Assembly (NCBI RefSeq): GCF_006345805.1
Contig: NC_042999.1
Span: 98,580,001 to 98,644,000, forward strand
Length of the DNA stretch: 64,000 bases
Reading direction: 5' to 3'
From: Octopus sinensis
Lineage: Eukaryota
A program made the translations under genes and the position numbers. This document shows positions 14,480 through 28,949 of this stretch, piece by piece. Below the pieces are notes generated by a model. It saw nothing but the letters and a program-made list of their open reading frames with translations, did no database searches and was not told the DNA's origin. The first letter of the stretch is position 1. Each line of letters begins with the position of its first letter.

Positions 14480-14753
14480 ATGAAGAAGTCTCAGAGAAGA
14501 TGTTTGTTAGTGGTAGCCTTCCTGGTGTGCTGCTTACAATTCTCAGCTTCAGCACTCAACGAGACTTCCCATGAACCTGTATTTGACGTACAACCATACA
14601 ATGGTTCAACAACGCTTGTTCTCTTGGATATTAATCAGAAGTTGAACACCAATGGAAGTTGCTCACAGCCGGACATTCGCTCACTGTTAGTAGCTTATTC
14701 AGCACTTTGGACCCATGAATACGTCAACATAGCTTCTTCACAAACGAACCGTG
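14480..14753 (+). CDS. Coding exon 1 of a divergent class C GPCR-like gene (signal peptide + start of Venus-flytrap domain)
   Basis: ATG at 14480; MKKSQRR + hydrophobic LLVVAFLVCCLQFSASA looks like a signal peptide; N-glycosylation sequons NET, NGS, NGS. 'CSQPDIRSLLVAYSALWTHEYVN' aligns by eye with mGluR 'CG...GIQRVEAMLHTLERIN'. Ends CGT G|gtaagt (phase 1 donor at 14754). Acceptor ttttttgttattgcag lies 1 nt before the ATG. Confidence 0.8.
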
Positions 14754-15789
14754 GTAAGTTATCCTCCTTTGAAATATCTTTTATTCTTATATATAACTAA
14801 CATGGCTTGAAGAAGAATGGGCCATGCCATGTCTATTTACTGACCTTTTCTCTACGTGAGTTCATTAGCAGTCCACATAAATTATGTCCTTGTGATTCAT
14901 TAGGTTAGAAAGAAATTCACCTTAAATAGTAACACCTTATGATTCTTAAACACCAATTATTTCATTTCTAATTTCTCAAAATCCAGTTTCTATTTCAGGC
15001 TTCGTAGTTAGGTTTCCCTGGTACTTAAAAAGTTTCGCTATTTTCGCTTACCGTTTCTTCAGGCTTCTGAGTTTTGACAGCTTGAACTGCACTTCGTTGT
15101 CATCGCTGTTTAAATATGGCTAAGAATTGTTTGTTTTTTTAAAAAAGACAAAGAATTTTTATTAACTATTTTATTTTTGGTACCATTTCATTTAATCCAT
15201 TAAAAATAAAATAAAATTGCTTCTGAACATTATTGTTTTTTTTATCATACAACATAAGAAAAGGCGTTATATTATTGTTTTGAAACTAGAAAACAACTAT
15301 CCCAGACTCTCCGTACAAACAATTGTTAAAACGATAAAAATACATTCTCTTTATAATTCCAGTAAATAACAGTTCTTTAGAATTAATGCGATGTGAGGAA
15401 AAAATACGGAAGCAATATAGAACATAACTTACATTAAAAAATACATACGGGAGTAATGTGTTCCCGAGAGTTTACCGTAAAGTGAAATCCCGCGACGCGA
15501 AATTAGCTTTCCTATCGATTTTCATGATATAAAATGATGATGCTTTCCGACAAATATGTTCGAAAAGACAAAAGAAAAACAAAAAATAAAAGAGAAAAAA
15601 GCAAGAAATAAAAAAGAGTATAAAGAAAAGAGAAAAAAAGCAATATGATCACTCTTTTAAGCATGAAAATAACACACATTGCAATATGTATACATAAAGA
15701 TATTTCAAGTGAAATATATTAGAATCGTCATATCGTAGTAGGATATGTACTTACCACAAAAAAAATGTTGACTATTGTCTGAGAGGTAG

Positions 15790-16215
15790 TGATGGATAAG
15801 AGTTACTTAGAGGATGAGGTACGCTATCTTCTATATTATAGTCAACAACTACTTGAGAGGCGAACTTATTCGAAATTGTTTGATGTTTATGACCTATCAA
15901 GTTTTTGTACAGCTCGGTATAGAAATTGAAGTCGTTGTAAAAACCCTTTGTAATTACATTCACGATTAGGGTTGTGAGTTGTCATTGGCAAAAACTTGCT
16001 GATCTTCCTCTACAAGTTACAATATTTAACAATATTCTTTGCAGTCAGCTTAAGTGCATCTGTTGGAATTTCTGTATTTTCAACGGCATCCTTAGTTTGC
16101 TTTTGTTTTAACAATATCAGCCCATTGTTAAATAAAGTTTCCCTAAGGGGCACGAAAAACTCAACTATGTCATCCTACATGACTTTTTCCTGCAACATTA
16201 CATAATTCTTAAGCT
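15790..16215 (-). pseudogene. pogo/Tigger-like transposase C-terminal relic
   Basis: Minus frames give 'DDIVEFF...LKLTAKNIVK' and 'FYTELYKNLIGHKHQTISNKF', like the Tigger tail 'D..EL.....LT.K.L' / 'Y.E.YK....QT.I..FF'; stops and frameshifts present. Confidence 0.4.
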
Positions 16216-18068
16216 TAAGATCAGTAGCCATTCCCTACTCTCTGAAAAAAATACAAATATCCTTGTATAGAACTGTGTGCTTCACAGTTCCAGCGAAGCG
16301 GTATTTGGCTGTTGTGCGCATGCTCACATGTCCGAGATAAGAAGCTTCACGGTAGGGAGAGAGATCACTGTCGTTCATGCAGTACCGGTAAAAGGTAGTG
16401 TTTCTTTTTGACTTTGCGTGTGTTGTTTTTTAAAAACGTGTTTGTATTCTTGAATGTGATAAAGTGTAGAATTAAATTATTATCCTGCTTGCAACTTCAG
16501 TGTTGCTATCAGGATTTGAAAAATAGGACAAATTTTCCCCCTTATTTTGTGATTTAGGGGGGATTTTTGAAAAGCAAGGGGTAATTCGCGGCGGTATTGA
16601 GTGAACAAATTAAACACATTATATGGCAGTAGCTAAAATGCAAACCGATTAACTTTATGTATAAACATTCTTTTTATATGTTTGTTTCCTTTTACACAAT
16701 ATTAAAACAACGGCTACAAATTTTCTGAAGCAGCACCCCAACTAATTTTATCTACGAGCCGCTACTGTACTTTATAATTCTAATAAGTGCAAAATCACGT
16801 AAACTGAAGTAGCCGTAACAGGAGATACCTGTATTTAGTTATTTGAATTGTTGCGTCATGAAATACTGGATGTTTAGAATCGCTTTGTCTGCATTCCTGG
16901 CGAAAACATCTCTTAACAGTCTCCTTCACATCCAGATCTTCTCTAATTGTAGCTGAAGCTTATAACGTGGGTGGGAAAAAAAAGCAGCGATGTTGTTGTT
17001 GTTGTTAGCGGTGTTAATATTTGTTTTTCTTTTTTGTACTGGAAAGAAAGACGGAGACGAAAACGTATGTAATAATCGACAAACGTCTCAACTGTCCAAC
17101 ATTAAGCATAAAAAATAAAAGCGTCTAAGTTATGCGCACTAAATTTTCTGCAATAGTCAGTAATCTTGTATACGTTCATCTACGTTATAAATTCATATGA
17201 AACGCATTTGTAACAAGCAAAATCCCAGTAGAGACAAGTGATGATAATAAGAGATGTCAGTAAACGGTGACAGCAAAAGAAGACATAAGAGTGCGTTAAT
17301 ATGACAGAAATGCATTCATTAAATGGCTCATTGGACATGTGGATTTATCAACGAGATAGTTTCAAAATCAATAATGATTTCGAATACATATTACCCTGGA
17401 GCTGTATTTCTCTCGTGAAACTGTCTTGGTGACCAGATCGCTGTTGAGCAACGAAATTTTGGCAATAGAAATTAGTGCAAACTAAATTGAAAGATTTTGT
17501 GGAGCTTTAAATAGCTGATAAGGCTGTTCACCAATGTAATTTATCAGTTTAGTTTTATAGTTGTTTCAGTCAAGGGACTGCGGCCATGCTGGGACATCGT
17601 CTAGAAATGTTTAGTTGATCAAATCGCCCCCAGTACATTTTTAAAAAAGTCTGATGCTTATTCTATTCGGTTCTTTTGCAGAAACTTAAACTAGACAACA
17701 TCAATTGTCGAGCTTTGGTGGAGGACAAACGCACATACATATATTAGTCACACACACACACATACACATAGACACACATTTATATACACACAATGTGTTT
17801 CTTTTAGTTTCCGCCCACCAAATCCACTCACATCGGCCCGAGGCTATAGTAAAAGATACATAATCGGTCCGAGGCTATAGTAAAAGACACATGTCCAAGG
17901 TGCCACGCAGTGAGACTGAATCCGAAACAATATAGTGGGGAAGCAAACTTCTTATCACATAATCACTTACTCAATTTAATTATTGTTATATTTATGAAAA
18001 TTAGCTTTGATTGAATTCATCTTGTATGTATTTCTGTCTAAGACTAAATTTAAAATGTTTACACACTC

Positions 18069-18161
<93 letters not shown>

Positions 18162-19772
18162 GCTGTCTGTCTATCAATCTATCTACCCATCTACCTATAT
18201 TTTCTCCCTTTTCATCTCTCTCTCTCTCTCTCTCTCTATGCACACTCATATATACGTGTATACTTGTATATAATTTACACACACTTGTGTATAAATATAT
18301 AATTACTCATATGTATGTATATATTCATGTATATGCATATGCATATATGTGTGTACATCAACGCGCGCGCACTCTCATATACATACACAAATATATAAAA
18401 ATAAGTCTGTCTGTAAAATATGGTTATTCCTTAAATAATCTATGAGACTCAGAGGAAAGTCAGCATTCTCACTTTTCATAGGAAACAAAGAAGCGGAAGT
18501 TGACCTCTGTAATTTGTCCGCCTACAGAGGACGTTCTCTTAGGAGGCTCTAGGATAGAAAATAAAAGTCTATTCTTGGATATAAACAGAAATACATGACT
18601 TTTATACTGGTGAATTGGAATCAGTATCTGAACTATATTGGTTATTGTAACAGTTGTTGAGATTAATGGTTTTTGTAGCCTGTTACAGACGGGTTGAGAA
18701 TCTGGACCTAGAAAACTCCTAGCTAAGATGTAAGCTTGTCTAAGACTTATGGAGGAAGACAAAAAGTAGCTCATGCAATGAAGTTTTTAATCTCCACACC
18801 ACCGATGTGGTCAAAGGGAAATGTATCTTCGATGCAGGTTGGCACCAGTTTTGTTTGAGGACGTAATACCCAAATGCTGAACATAGGAACAAATATCGTC
18901 AGGTCTCCATTCTGACGCTCTAATAAATCCACCAATCTAATAAATCCACCAATCATACTAACGACGTAGTTGCTACATGGTCGCTCTTGCTAGATATAGC
19001 TGCAAAATATCCGTGAAGCCTCCACAACTCTGTTATAAAATATAGGAAAAATTTCTGTGCAGTTTTCAATACATTTACCCCTAAAAACACAAAATGACTA
19101 TAATTGTATACTATGTTCCTATAATAACTTTAACAACGAGGGTCCTTGCTCTGAAGAAAAGTTGTTACAGTCGTTAGAGTGTTGAATTGAATAAATCTAA
19201 GGCACTTGTTCCGACTCTTTACCTTCTGATTTCTAATCTCGCCGAGATCAGATTTGACTTTCAGTATCTAAGGGAGATGAAAATCAAAAAATTATTCAGA
19301 TGTCTTGAACACTGGTTATACATAGTGAATATCAGTAAAATGTATAGTCACTATAAACATACATATGCTGTTTATAGTGAACACTATAGTGGATAGTTTT
19401 CAGATGTTCACTCGCCAGTGTGCAGGTATCCAGTGAACATTGAAAAGTGCCTAGTTAGTACTATTTATATTGAGCCTATAAATGGTCACACGACCAGTTA
19501 GAAATAGCAACTAAATCTGTTGCAAGGCACATCCGACATCTTAACAATCGAAGATACATAGAATACCAGAATCCCAGATACACTGCGGTCAAAGTTATAA
19601 GTCGAATGATTTTTTTCTTATCTCCTCAATCAGGGTTGAACTGGGGCTAACAACGACTAGATTATTGTCTGAATGTTTAATCGACAATATCCAGGTGTGT
19701 TATCAATTTTTTCCAAACGTTAACTCAAATTTAAGCAGATATGTAGTGAATGATGGCTTGTGTTTAATCAGT

Positions 19773-19995
19773 GAAGGCACACGGCTTAGCGGTTGGGGGT
19801 TTTCAGCTCACGATCATAAGGTCATTAGTTTGATTCCCGTTGTCCTTGAGCACTTTATTTCACGTTGCTCCACTCCATCCAGCTAGCAAAAATGAGTTCT
19901 ATCTACATTCCAAAGGGCTAGCCTTGTCGCATTCAGTGTCACGCCGAATAGCTATGAGAATTGCGTTGAGGATATGTGTATCTGTGGTGTGCTCC
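19773..19995 (+). mobile_element. Degenerate tRNA SINE sharing its 3' part with family C
   Basis: Head gaaggcacacggcttagcggtt...tttgattccc; CORE-like 'gttgtccttgagcacttt'; then 'attccaaagggctagccttgtc...gtgtcacgccgaat', matching the minus strand of ~50650-50705. Confidence 0.6.
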
Positions 19996-20658
19996 TGAAG
20001 CAACTTCTCAGCACTGAATGCATATCTATAGATCACAAAATAAGTAACGATACAACTTTGACAGACCAATTGATTAACTATTTGATCAATTAATTAGCTA
20101 CCTAATTGATTGGTAATAAAACTGAAGTAAAAACATAGCCAGTGTTTGTGCCTTTATTGGCACTATGTTGCTCCTAAAATATAGTAATGAGTGTCTGTGT
20201 GTGTACAGAAATGCACACACATATTCCTCTTTTGCAATGAGTCACTTGCATTTCATTTGCAACAATAAAGTCCTTAAAGTCTTAAAAATTATTAAGCTTT
20301 CTAGATTTCATACTCTCATTTTCAGGATTTACATTGTTATTAGCGCTCGTAACTGCTTCGTTGTCATGACAGGTCAATCTTACTTTCGCTGTTTTGCCCA
20401 GTTTTCGAGATTTGATTGTCAGATGTATACATCCTTACACTCTTTTTAATTTTGCTTGTGACTTGTGAGAGTTTTGTGTGACTTGTCCGTTTTAACATTG
20501 GCCATACAGGCACAACTAGTTCCACCTTTCTCTCTCTCTCCCTCTCTCACTCACTCACTCGTATATTTCACATACCCTTACAAGAAGCATAAAACAAAAC
20601 TAGATATCAAGAGATTTCTGGGTAGTAAATACATCTGTACTATATGGATGTGTTGGAC

Positions 20659-20893
20659 CAGTATTTCTCAACCAGGGTTCATATAAGATTCTGTTCTTAA
20701 ATTTTTTCTGCTATAAACTGGATATGTTTCTACAATAAACAAAATATTTTAACAATTTTTTTTATACAGTTCCTAATATTTACACATAATTATAGGACGT
20801 TGTTTTTAAGCGTCAACTGGTTATGGGGTCCATCCAAATAAAATGGGAATCAACGGGATCCATAGGTTAAAAAACAATGGCTGAGAAACACTG
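20659..20893. mobile_element. hAT-type MITE
   Basis: TIRs CAGTATTTCTCAAC / GCTGAGAAACACTG; 8-bp TSD tgttggac (20651-20658) / tgttagac (20894-20901). Confidence 0.8.
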
Positions 20894-23800
20894 TGTTAGA
20901 CAATGATGGAAGTATTACTCTTGACCTGCAAGTAAATGAAACAGAAGAAAAGTTGAGCAGGGCTTGAATCAAAAGCATATAGAATTACTTGAATAGAAAA
21001 CAGAAATAAATCCTGTCATTTTTTATTGGTACTACACTATCGTGTATGTCATTGCGTGTGAATGTGTTAGTGTGTGTATGCATGAAGGGAGAAATAGAGG
21101 AGGAGGAGAGAGATGAGAACAGTGTTGGTCTCTTTGTATAAATACAAAGGCTTGGAAGAAAAAGTCTGTCCCAAAGGTATTGGCATTGTATGTGAGAGGA
21201 AATTGCTTCAATCGGGAATTGAAATTCAATGACGGTTTGAGCTTTGCTCTAGTTCATTTTAGACGGTGTGACTTTCTCTTTGAATGAATTCTTCTGAAAA
21301 TTCTGGCACGGAATAAAAAAAAGAAAGAGATTTAAGCTTTCACTTTACGAGCTTCTAACATGATTTAATGTAAACAGCCTTGATGATAAATTAACAGGAT
21401 TTTGATAAAAGCGAATCTAAAACCCCAATCTTTAGAAGTACGATAAGAATAATAATGGACAAATAACCGTTTTGAAGTCGATTCTGAAAGTTATCTTTTG
21501 CAATTTTGAAGGTTTGAATTTTTAATTTTATAGTGAGATATAATATTTGATAATTAGCTGCTTGATTTGTTGGTTGGTCGCTTGGTTGTTTGGTTGGTTC
21601 GTTGGTTGGTTGGTCGTCGTTGTTGTTTAACGATATGTCTGTGTTAATTTAACGTGTTAATTTGACCCAGGTCAACCTTCGCTCAAGCAGGTCTGTAATC
21701 AAAAACATTCAAATTCTCTTCATGTGACACTTGAAAACGTTTGCAAGGACTTAACCGAAGAGGAAAGTCCTTAATAATTTATAATTACTTTCTTCTATTT
21801 ATATAGTAGATATATCTGTACTCACTGTTTCATTTGTATTCATCGATGCAGTTAATATCGATGTTTTCTTATTTATTGAAGCATGAATTATTCATTTGTA
21901 ATTCATAATAACACTATAATACTCTGTTCAAATAATGTAAATACAAGGATAAAAATTCATAATTCTTATGCAAATTAACATCCCTAATCAAAAATTTATG
22001 TAGATACAAATAAGTGACAGATGGCTGTGTTGAAAGCAAGTCAGTTTCCAATGCATAAAAGTTTCACAACTTTCACTTTCCTTTTGCAAATGCTTTGGTG
22101 TTCATCGCAGTTATAACTAACTGTTAATTTACCCAATGTATCAAACAGTAAATTGATAGCATGTAGGCAGCAGTGGTGGTAATGTTGATGTTGTTGGCGG
22201 TGACAGGAAATAGCAAAGTATGGAAATGAAGAATAGCTAGATTGAATCAATTACGTTTGTTACTTGAGATGGTAATGCTGAGCTCTAGGTCTTCCATAGA
22301 GTCGGTGACAATGTGAGGATGGGTTCTAAAAGATTGACCTTTCCTCTAAATATATCAGCCGACGATGATATCTACAATGCTGACCCAGTAATCTATAAGC
22401 GTGTGCATCACCTTTTTATATTTCCAGTGTAGCTTTACTGTTACAAGCACTGAAAATAGAATATCTGGAAAGGTTTCAACCTGTTATCAATTTCATATCA
22501 AATAGTGTGTATACCAAATACATGTGCATATCAAGTGATGTGATACTTTTCGAAGTATCGTAGAATATCAAATCATTGTCAACCTTTTACACTTCACCCG
22601 AAAATGTAAGGCTTTCTGTATAGTGAAACCTGTGAGTGCTGAAGATACCATATGGTGCTCACTATAATGTATATGATTATAATATTTGTGGCTACCTATG
22701 TATAGACCTTGTGTTCATATTGCTGTACACCTCTTTGTTTTGTTTCTAGGAGAAAACTTTTACTTGGAAGGATCCTTCGTCGATCTTGCTGATGAACAAT
22801 CAGTTTTTCGATGGACTAAACATCTATGTCGTTAAATTAGCGTTTAACGGACAGTAATTTACAGATACGTATACAGTTAATGTAAATTCATAAGCAGAAC
22901 CAGCGTGACAAAATGTAACAAGGCTGTTTCTCTGAATTACAGATACAATCCATCTGACAAGCTTTCACTAACCCGATTCCACTCACAAGAGTTGGGTTGA
23001 CTTGAGGCTTTGATAAAGATATGAGCCCATGATACCACGCTGTATGATCGAACCAAAGAGCTTTTGAATTGCGGAGCGAAAGTCTTAATCCTTCAGTTAT
23101 GCTTGCATTAACACTTTATTCTAGACTGCATCAATTCACCTAACTTCGGAGACAAGACATCGAGCTGCTAGAATTAGAAATCCGATTTCTTTAATATCAC
23201 ACACTAACGTTTGCAAGAAAGAAAAATCTCTTGCATAAGAGATATTGTCGTAGATAAATAAAAAGATGAAATGGCGACAACAGGAACGTCAGAGCTGACC
23301 TAGGGATAAACAATAAGAACAATAACAAAAACAGCAACAACAACAACAACATCATATCAAGTCAATCAAGTCAACAACAACATTGCATCAAGTCAATCCA
23401 GTCCTTGACAAGGATCTCTCAGTCGTTTTTGTCTTTGCCGCTTTATTACTAGATTTGACTCTTGCTCTGTTTATAGGGTGGTATGTGATGGTTGGATATA
23501 TACTTAACAGTTTTAATCGTAGTTAAAAGTTTTATGCACGGACCATGTGGGTTAAGGGTTTTCCTTAAACAGATATAGATAACCAGCAAAAAATAGACAT
23601 CGGTTGATATTATTGGATTACCTGATCGAGAGTTCAACCTCTACTGCTGAATTTTCACTGTTGTAGCTAAATGTACGTCATTTAGCTACAATAGCGTAAC
23701 TAAAGTTTTCGGTGCCCGGGTATAGATACACTTTTGGTGAAATCCACTATCACCTTGACAAACAGGCAGGATAACTAAAGAAACATTTACCCCTGCATCG

Positions 23801-24324
23801 GGAGTGACTGTCTGTTCAATCGTCCCCTTCTTACGGAAACTCTAGTTTTATCAAAAGGGTAATTTATCACTTCTATGTTTGACGTCATAAGACCAGGACT
23901 AACCACCAGTAATTTGAACCCTTCTTGAAGCTAGTTACATTTTTTCCTATACCCGAAAGTACAACGAAGTTCCAGTCCTTGTAGGTTGCTACATTTCATG
24001 TGTGTTGATGCTCTTAAAAAAGATACGAATGTTACAATTCTTTATTATTATTGTTTTTTTAATATATTCTTTGTGCGAAGTCCAAAATATCTTAATATGT
24101 AAAAGTGAAAAAAGAAGTGAGCTGGCAGAATCGTTAGCGCGTCGGAGAAAATGTTTCGTGGTATTTCTTCCGATTCATTACATCCTGAGTTCAAAATCTA
24201 CCGAGGTTGACCTGTTTTTCATTCTTTCGGAGTCCATGAATTAGGTATCGGTCATGTATTGAAGTCGATGCACTCGACTATTCCTCCTCTCACTAAAATT
24301 GCTGGTTTTGTGCCTATAGCAAAA

Positions 24325-24870
24325 CCGAACTGCCAGAACAGTTAGAGCGTCGAGCAAAATGCTTAGCGGTATTTCGTCTGCCGCTACGTTCTGAGGTCAG
24401 ATTCCGCCGAGGTCGACTTTGCCTTTCATCCTTTCGGGGGTCGATTAAATAAGTACCAGTTACGCACTGGGGTCGATGTAATCGACTTAATCCGTTTGTC
24501 TATCCTTGTTTGTCCTCACTGTGTTTAGCCCCTTGTGGGTAGTAAAGAAACAGGTATTTCGTCTGCCGCTACGTTCTGAGTTCAAATTCCGCCGAGATCG
24601 ACTTTGCCTTTCATCCTTTCGGGGTCGATTAAATAAGTACCAGTTACGCACTGGGGTCGATATAATCGACTTAATCCGTTTTCTGTCTTTGTTTGTCCCC
24701 TCTGTGTTTAGCCCCTTGTGGGTAGTAAAGAAATAGGTATTTCTTCTGTCTCTTTATGTTCTGATCAAAATTCCACCGAGTTCGATTTTTACCTTTAATC
24801 TTTCGGGATCACTGGAGCACTGGAGTTTATCCTTCTCCTCAAAATCGATGGCCTCGTGCCAAATTTTGCA
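24325..24870 (+). mobile_element. SINE family A tandem multimer
   Basis: Units restart at ggtatttc at 24368, 24553 and 24736, the latter two directly after the tail aaagaaa(t/c)a. Confidence 0.85.
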
Positions 24871-26250
24871 TAACGACACATTACATAATTTCCCCGTGGG
24901 GAAGATCACAAGCTATGTAACGATCACTAGAGTTTGTTCTCTTTAGGTCCACATAGAAAGATTAAGACTATTATTTACCTACAAGTATTGTAAAAGACAT
25001 TTGAAAACTTTAGAATAATTGTATAAAATACTACAGAAATTTGAGAAAAATGGATGGTTTCCAAGAAAATGTAAATGTAAAATTTTAGATTCTATATTTG
25101 TTAATTTCATGCTTTTCTTTTTATCAAGTTCGGCTTAAACTATTTTCTACATGACTTGGATGCAAAACTTCTGACTGAATCAATATTTGCAGTCCAAGTG
25201 AAGATTGTCAGTATCTTGTTGAATTAATTTACCGAAACTTAGGGAATTCATGTGGTTATATTTATTTTATACGTTGATATAACGAGATAAGGTCATGTGC
25301 AATAGTTTATGAGTGTGTGTGTGTGTGTGTGTGTGGTACTGTACCTAGATAAAATATTACTACCACTATTACTGACGAAGCATTGAGAAAGTTGGGAGCT
25401 GCTGGCTTCATTCTGTACAGTTTAGCATTGTAGTCCATTTCCTCTTGTGGAGGAAGGAAATAACACAAACAATAATAATTCTTTCTAATGTTGGTACAAA
25501 CTAGCAGTTTTGAGTGGGTGGCGGAAGTCGACCATAGTACTTGACTGGTATTTTATTTTATGAACCTGCGAAAAGAGGAAAAGTAAACTTACACCTGCGG
25601 GATTTGAACTCAAAACAAACAAAAATAATTCCCCTAAAGGATAGACAGCACAATAGACACCGGCGGAATCTGAACTCCGAACCTAAAGAATACGGATAAG
25701 CATTTTTGTCTGGTTGATTAACTGTTCTGCCAGCTCACCGCTTCACAGCAAAGTATTCAACTATTGGGAGCTAAAATATTTCGCTTGCTTTCAAAACGTC
25801 TACATGAATGAAATATGTTTTACTTTTTTTTTTCCGACAGAATGAGATTTCTCTTTCTCTGGTATTTTAGGAAACTGGAATGCTAAAATTTATTAATCCT
25901 TGTGGTACCATCGGGAATTTTTCCAGGTCATATTATTGTTGCAACTTATTTTCCATTTTTGTTTTTTCAGTTTTATATGACACTCAGCCAGGGAGGTGTT
26001 GTAGCAGAAATGGTTGAGTGTCGAACCAAATGCCATGCGAGATTTTTTACTTACATCATCTTAACTTTTAAGTTCAACTTCCACTGGGGCTGATTTTGTC
26101 TGTGGTTCTTCCAAACTCAATAAAATTAATACCACTTGAGCGCTGGCATTGATATAGTCGTCCGTATCGCCCATTAGACTTCGTTACCTTATAAGAATTC
26201 ATGATACACAGTGTTGATTTGCTAAAATCTCACGTATACGTAACAAGTCA

Positions 26251-26355
<105 letters not shown>

Positions 26356-26839
26356 CGCAGGAGTGGCTGTGTGGTAAGTAGCTTGTTTACCAACCACATA
26401 GTTCCGGGTTCAGTCCCACTGCGTGGCACCTTGGGCAAGTGTCTTCTACTATAGCCTCGGGCCGACCAAAGCCTTGTGAAAGAAGGAAACTGAAAGAAGC
26501 CCGTCGTATATATGTATATATATATATATATATGCGTGTGTGTGTTTGTGTTTGTCCCCCTAGCATTGCTTGACAACCGATTTTATAGCGAGACCGATAG
26601 AATAAGTACTGGGCTTACAAAAGAATAAGTCCCGGGGTCGAGTTGCTCGATTAAAAAAAGGCGGTGCTCCAGCATGGCTGCAGTCAAATGACTGAAACAA
26701 GTAAAAGAGTAATATATATATATATATATATTACTCTATATATTACAGGATGTGTTAGTTATTTGGGATAAAAAAGTTAAGAGACATGAGTAGCCCAAAC
26801 TTTAAATATTGTCCCTGTTTTCAACCCCAACACAACTTG

Positions 26840-27235
26840 GATGCTTCTTATGCGGAGATGAACAAGCATATCCTTCTCGTCGCTCTAACCCTAAACAACA
26901 GTGATTCTGAGATTGGCACCCTCACTAATTGTCACCAGACCCTTCATACTTTAGATCAGAAAAAACCACCTGGTCTCTGCTGGGAATGTGTCTTCACAAG
27001 TTACAAACAAAATAAAAAAGCGAAAAACATTCTCGACGGTCAGGCGTTGTCAGAAAAATTGAATTTGTCGAACAAGTCCAGGTTATCATCAACGAGAATT
27101 GCTAATTATCTCCTTGAGTCAACGATTAGACGTGTAGTGAGCGAAAACAACAGGTGCAAATTCTATGTCATGAGAAGAGGGCAGTCCATATCCGATAAGA
27201 CTCGGAAGAACTACATTCCAAAGGAAAACATCGTT
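26840..27235 (+). pseudogene. maT/DD37D-like (Tc1-mariner) transposase N-terminal relic
   Basis: 'EMNKHILLVAL..NNSDSEI' and 'ESTIRRVVSENNRCKFYVMRRGQSISDKTRKN' resemble maT-type 'EMKRHA..VAL....SD.EI' and 'E.TIRR.V.ED.RYKSYVMRRGQF.S.KT.EN' (recall, not searched). Confidence 0.6.
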
Positions 27236-27554
27236 TTCTGGTCCTTAGTTCTGAAAGTTTTCAGAATCTATCTATCCATTCGTCCGCAAACAATCACTAT
27301 TTTGGGGATAAGTACTTGAAACGATGCATTTTTGCTCATTTAAGTACCCAGATATAGGCACAGGAGTGGTTGTGTGGTAAGTAGCTTGCTTACCAACCAC
27401 ATGGTCCCGGGTTCAGTCCCGCTGCGTGGCACCTTGGGCAAGTGTCTTCTACTATAGCCTCGGGCCGACCAAAGCCTTGTGAGTGAATTTGGTAGACAGA
27501 AACTGGAAGAAGTCCGTCGTATATGTATATATATGTATGTGTGTGTGTGTGTAT

Positions 27555-28949
27555 GTGTGTGTGTGTGTTTGTACCCCCAGCATCGCTTGACAACAGATGC
27601 TAGTGTGTTTACGACCCCGTGACTTAGCAGTTCGGCCTAAGAGACCGATAGAATAAGTACTAGGCTTACAAAGAATAAGCTCGGGGGTTGATTTGCTCCA
27701 GCATGGCCACAGTCAAATGACTGAAACAAGTAAAAAGAATAAAGAGATTACGCACAGAAGGTGACTGGGATTTCCATTCCTTCTGGTTCGAAATATGTTT
27801 GTTGCAGCGTTGGCACAAGCTGGTTTACAGTGAATAGGGCGGAACTTTCCTGCATTAAATTGCATGTTGTTTTATTCATCCCATTTATGTATGTCATCTT
27901 GATCTTTCAGTAGATTAGGGTCAAAAGGTTTCGTGACCGCTTGCGCTATTTTTTGAATCATTAGCATAGCAAGCAGGAGTGGCTGCCAGAGATCATTCAC
28001 AAACTCCTTAGGCACCCCACTCGCTATAAACATGTCAGTTGAGAGGGATCGATTAGCTGCAACAGCCTTTTAAGTTGTCATGTGACCACTCCCTCAGTTT
28101 TCCAACTATGCCAAGTCCACGTAGTTTGTGACATAACATCATCCCGTGATCAATCTTATTTAAGGCCTTAGCAAAATCGAGATAACCCACATCGACGTTT
28201 AAGCGATTCATGAGTTGTTTCAACACTCAGTCATAATACTGCCGAAGCATTATGTGTGTGTGTGGTTTGTACCCCCAGCATCGCTTGACAACAGATGCTA
28301 GTGTGTTTACGACCCCGTGACTTAGCAGTTCGGCCTAAGAGACCGATAGAATAAGTACTAGGCTTACAAAAGAATAAGCTCGGGGGTTGATTTGCTCCAG
28401 CATGGCCACAGTCAAATGACTGAAACAAGTAAAAAGAATAAAGAGATTACGCACAGAAGGTGACTGGGATTTCCATTCCTTCTGGTTCGAAATATGTTTG
28501 TTGCAGCGTTGGCACAAGCTGGTTTACAGTGAATAGGGCGGAACTTTCCTGCATTAAATTGCATGTTGTTTTATTCATCCCATTTATGTATGTCATCTTG
28601 ATCTTTCAGTAGATTAGGGTCAAAAGGTTTCGTGACCGCTTGCGCTATTTTTTGAATCATTAGCATAGCAAGCAGGAGTGGCTGCCAGAGATCATTCACA
28701 AACTCCTTAGGCACCCCACTCGCTATAAACATGTCAGTTGAGAGGGATCGATTAGCTGCAACAGCCTTTTAAGTTGTCATGTGACCACTCCCTCAGTTTT
28801 CCAACTATGCCAAGTCCACGTAGTTTGTGACATAACATCATCCCGTGATCAATCTTATTTAAGGCCTTAGCAAAATCGAGATAACCCACATCGACGTTTA
28901 AGCGATTCATGAGTTGTTTCAACACTCAGTCATAATACTGCCGAAGCAT

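Noticed and set aside
22750-22830. Strong acceptor (ctctttgttttgtttctag) as a possible GPCR exon
   Set aside because: The phase-1 reading hits TAA after 28 codons with no good donor and no class C motif.
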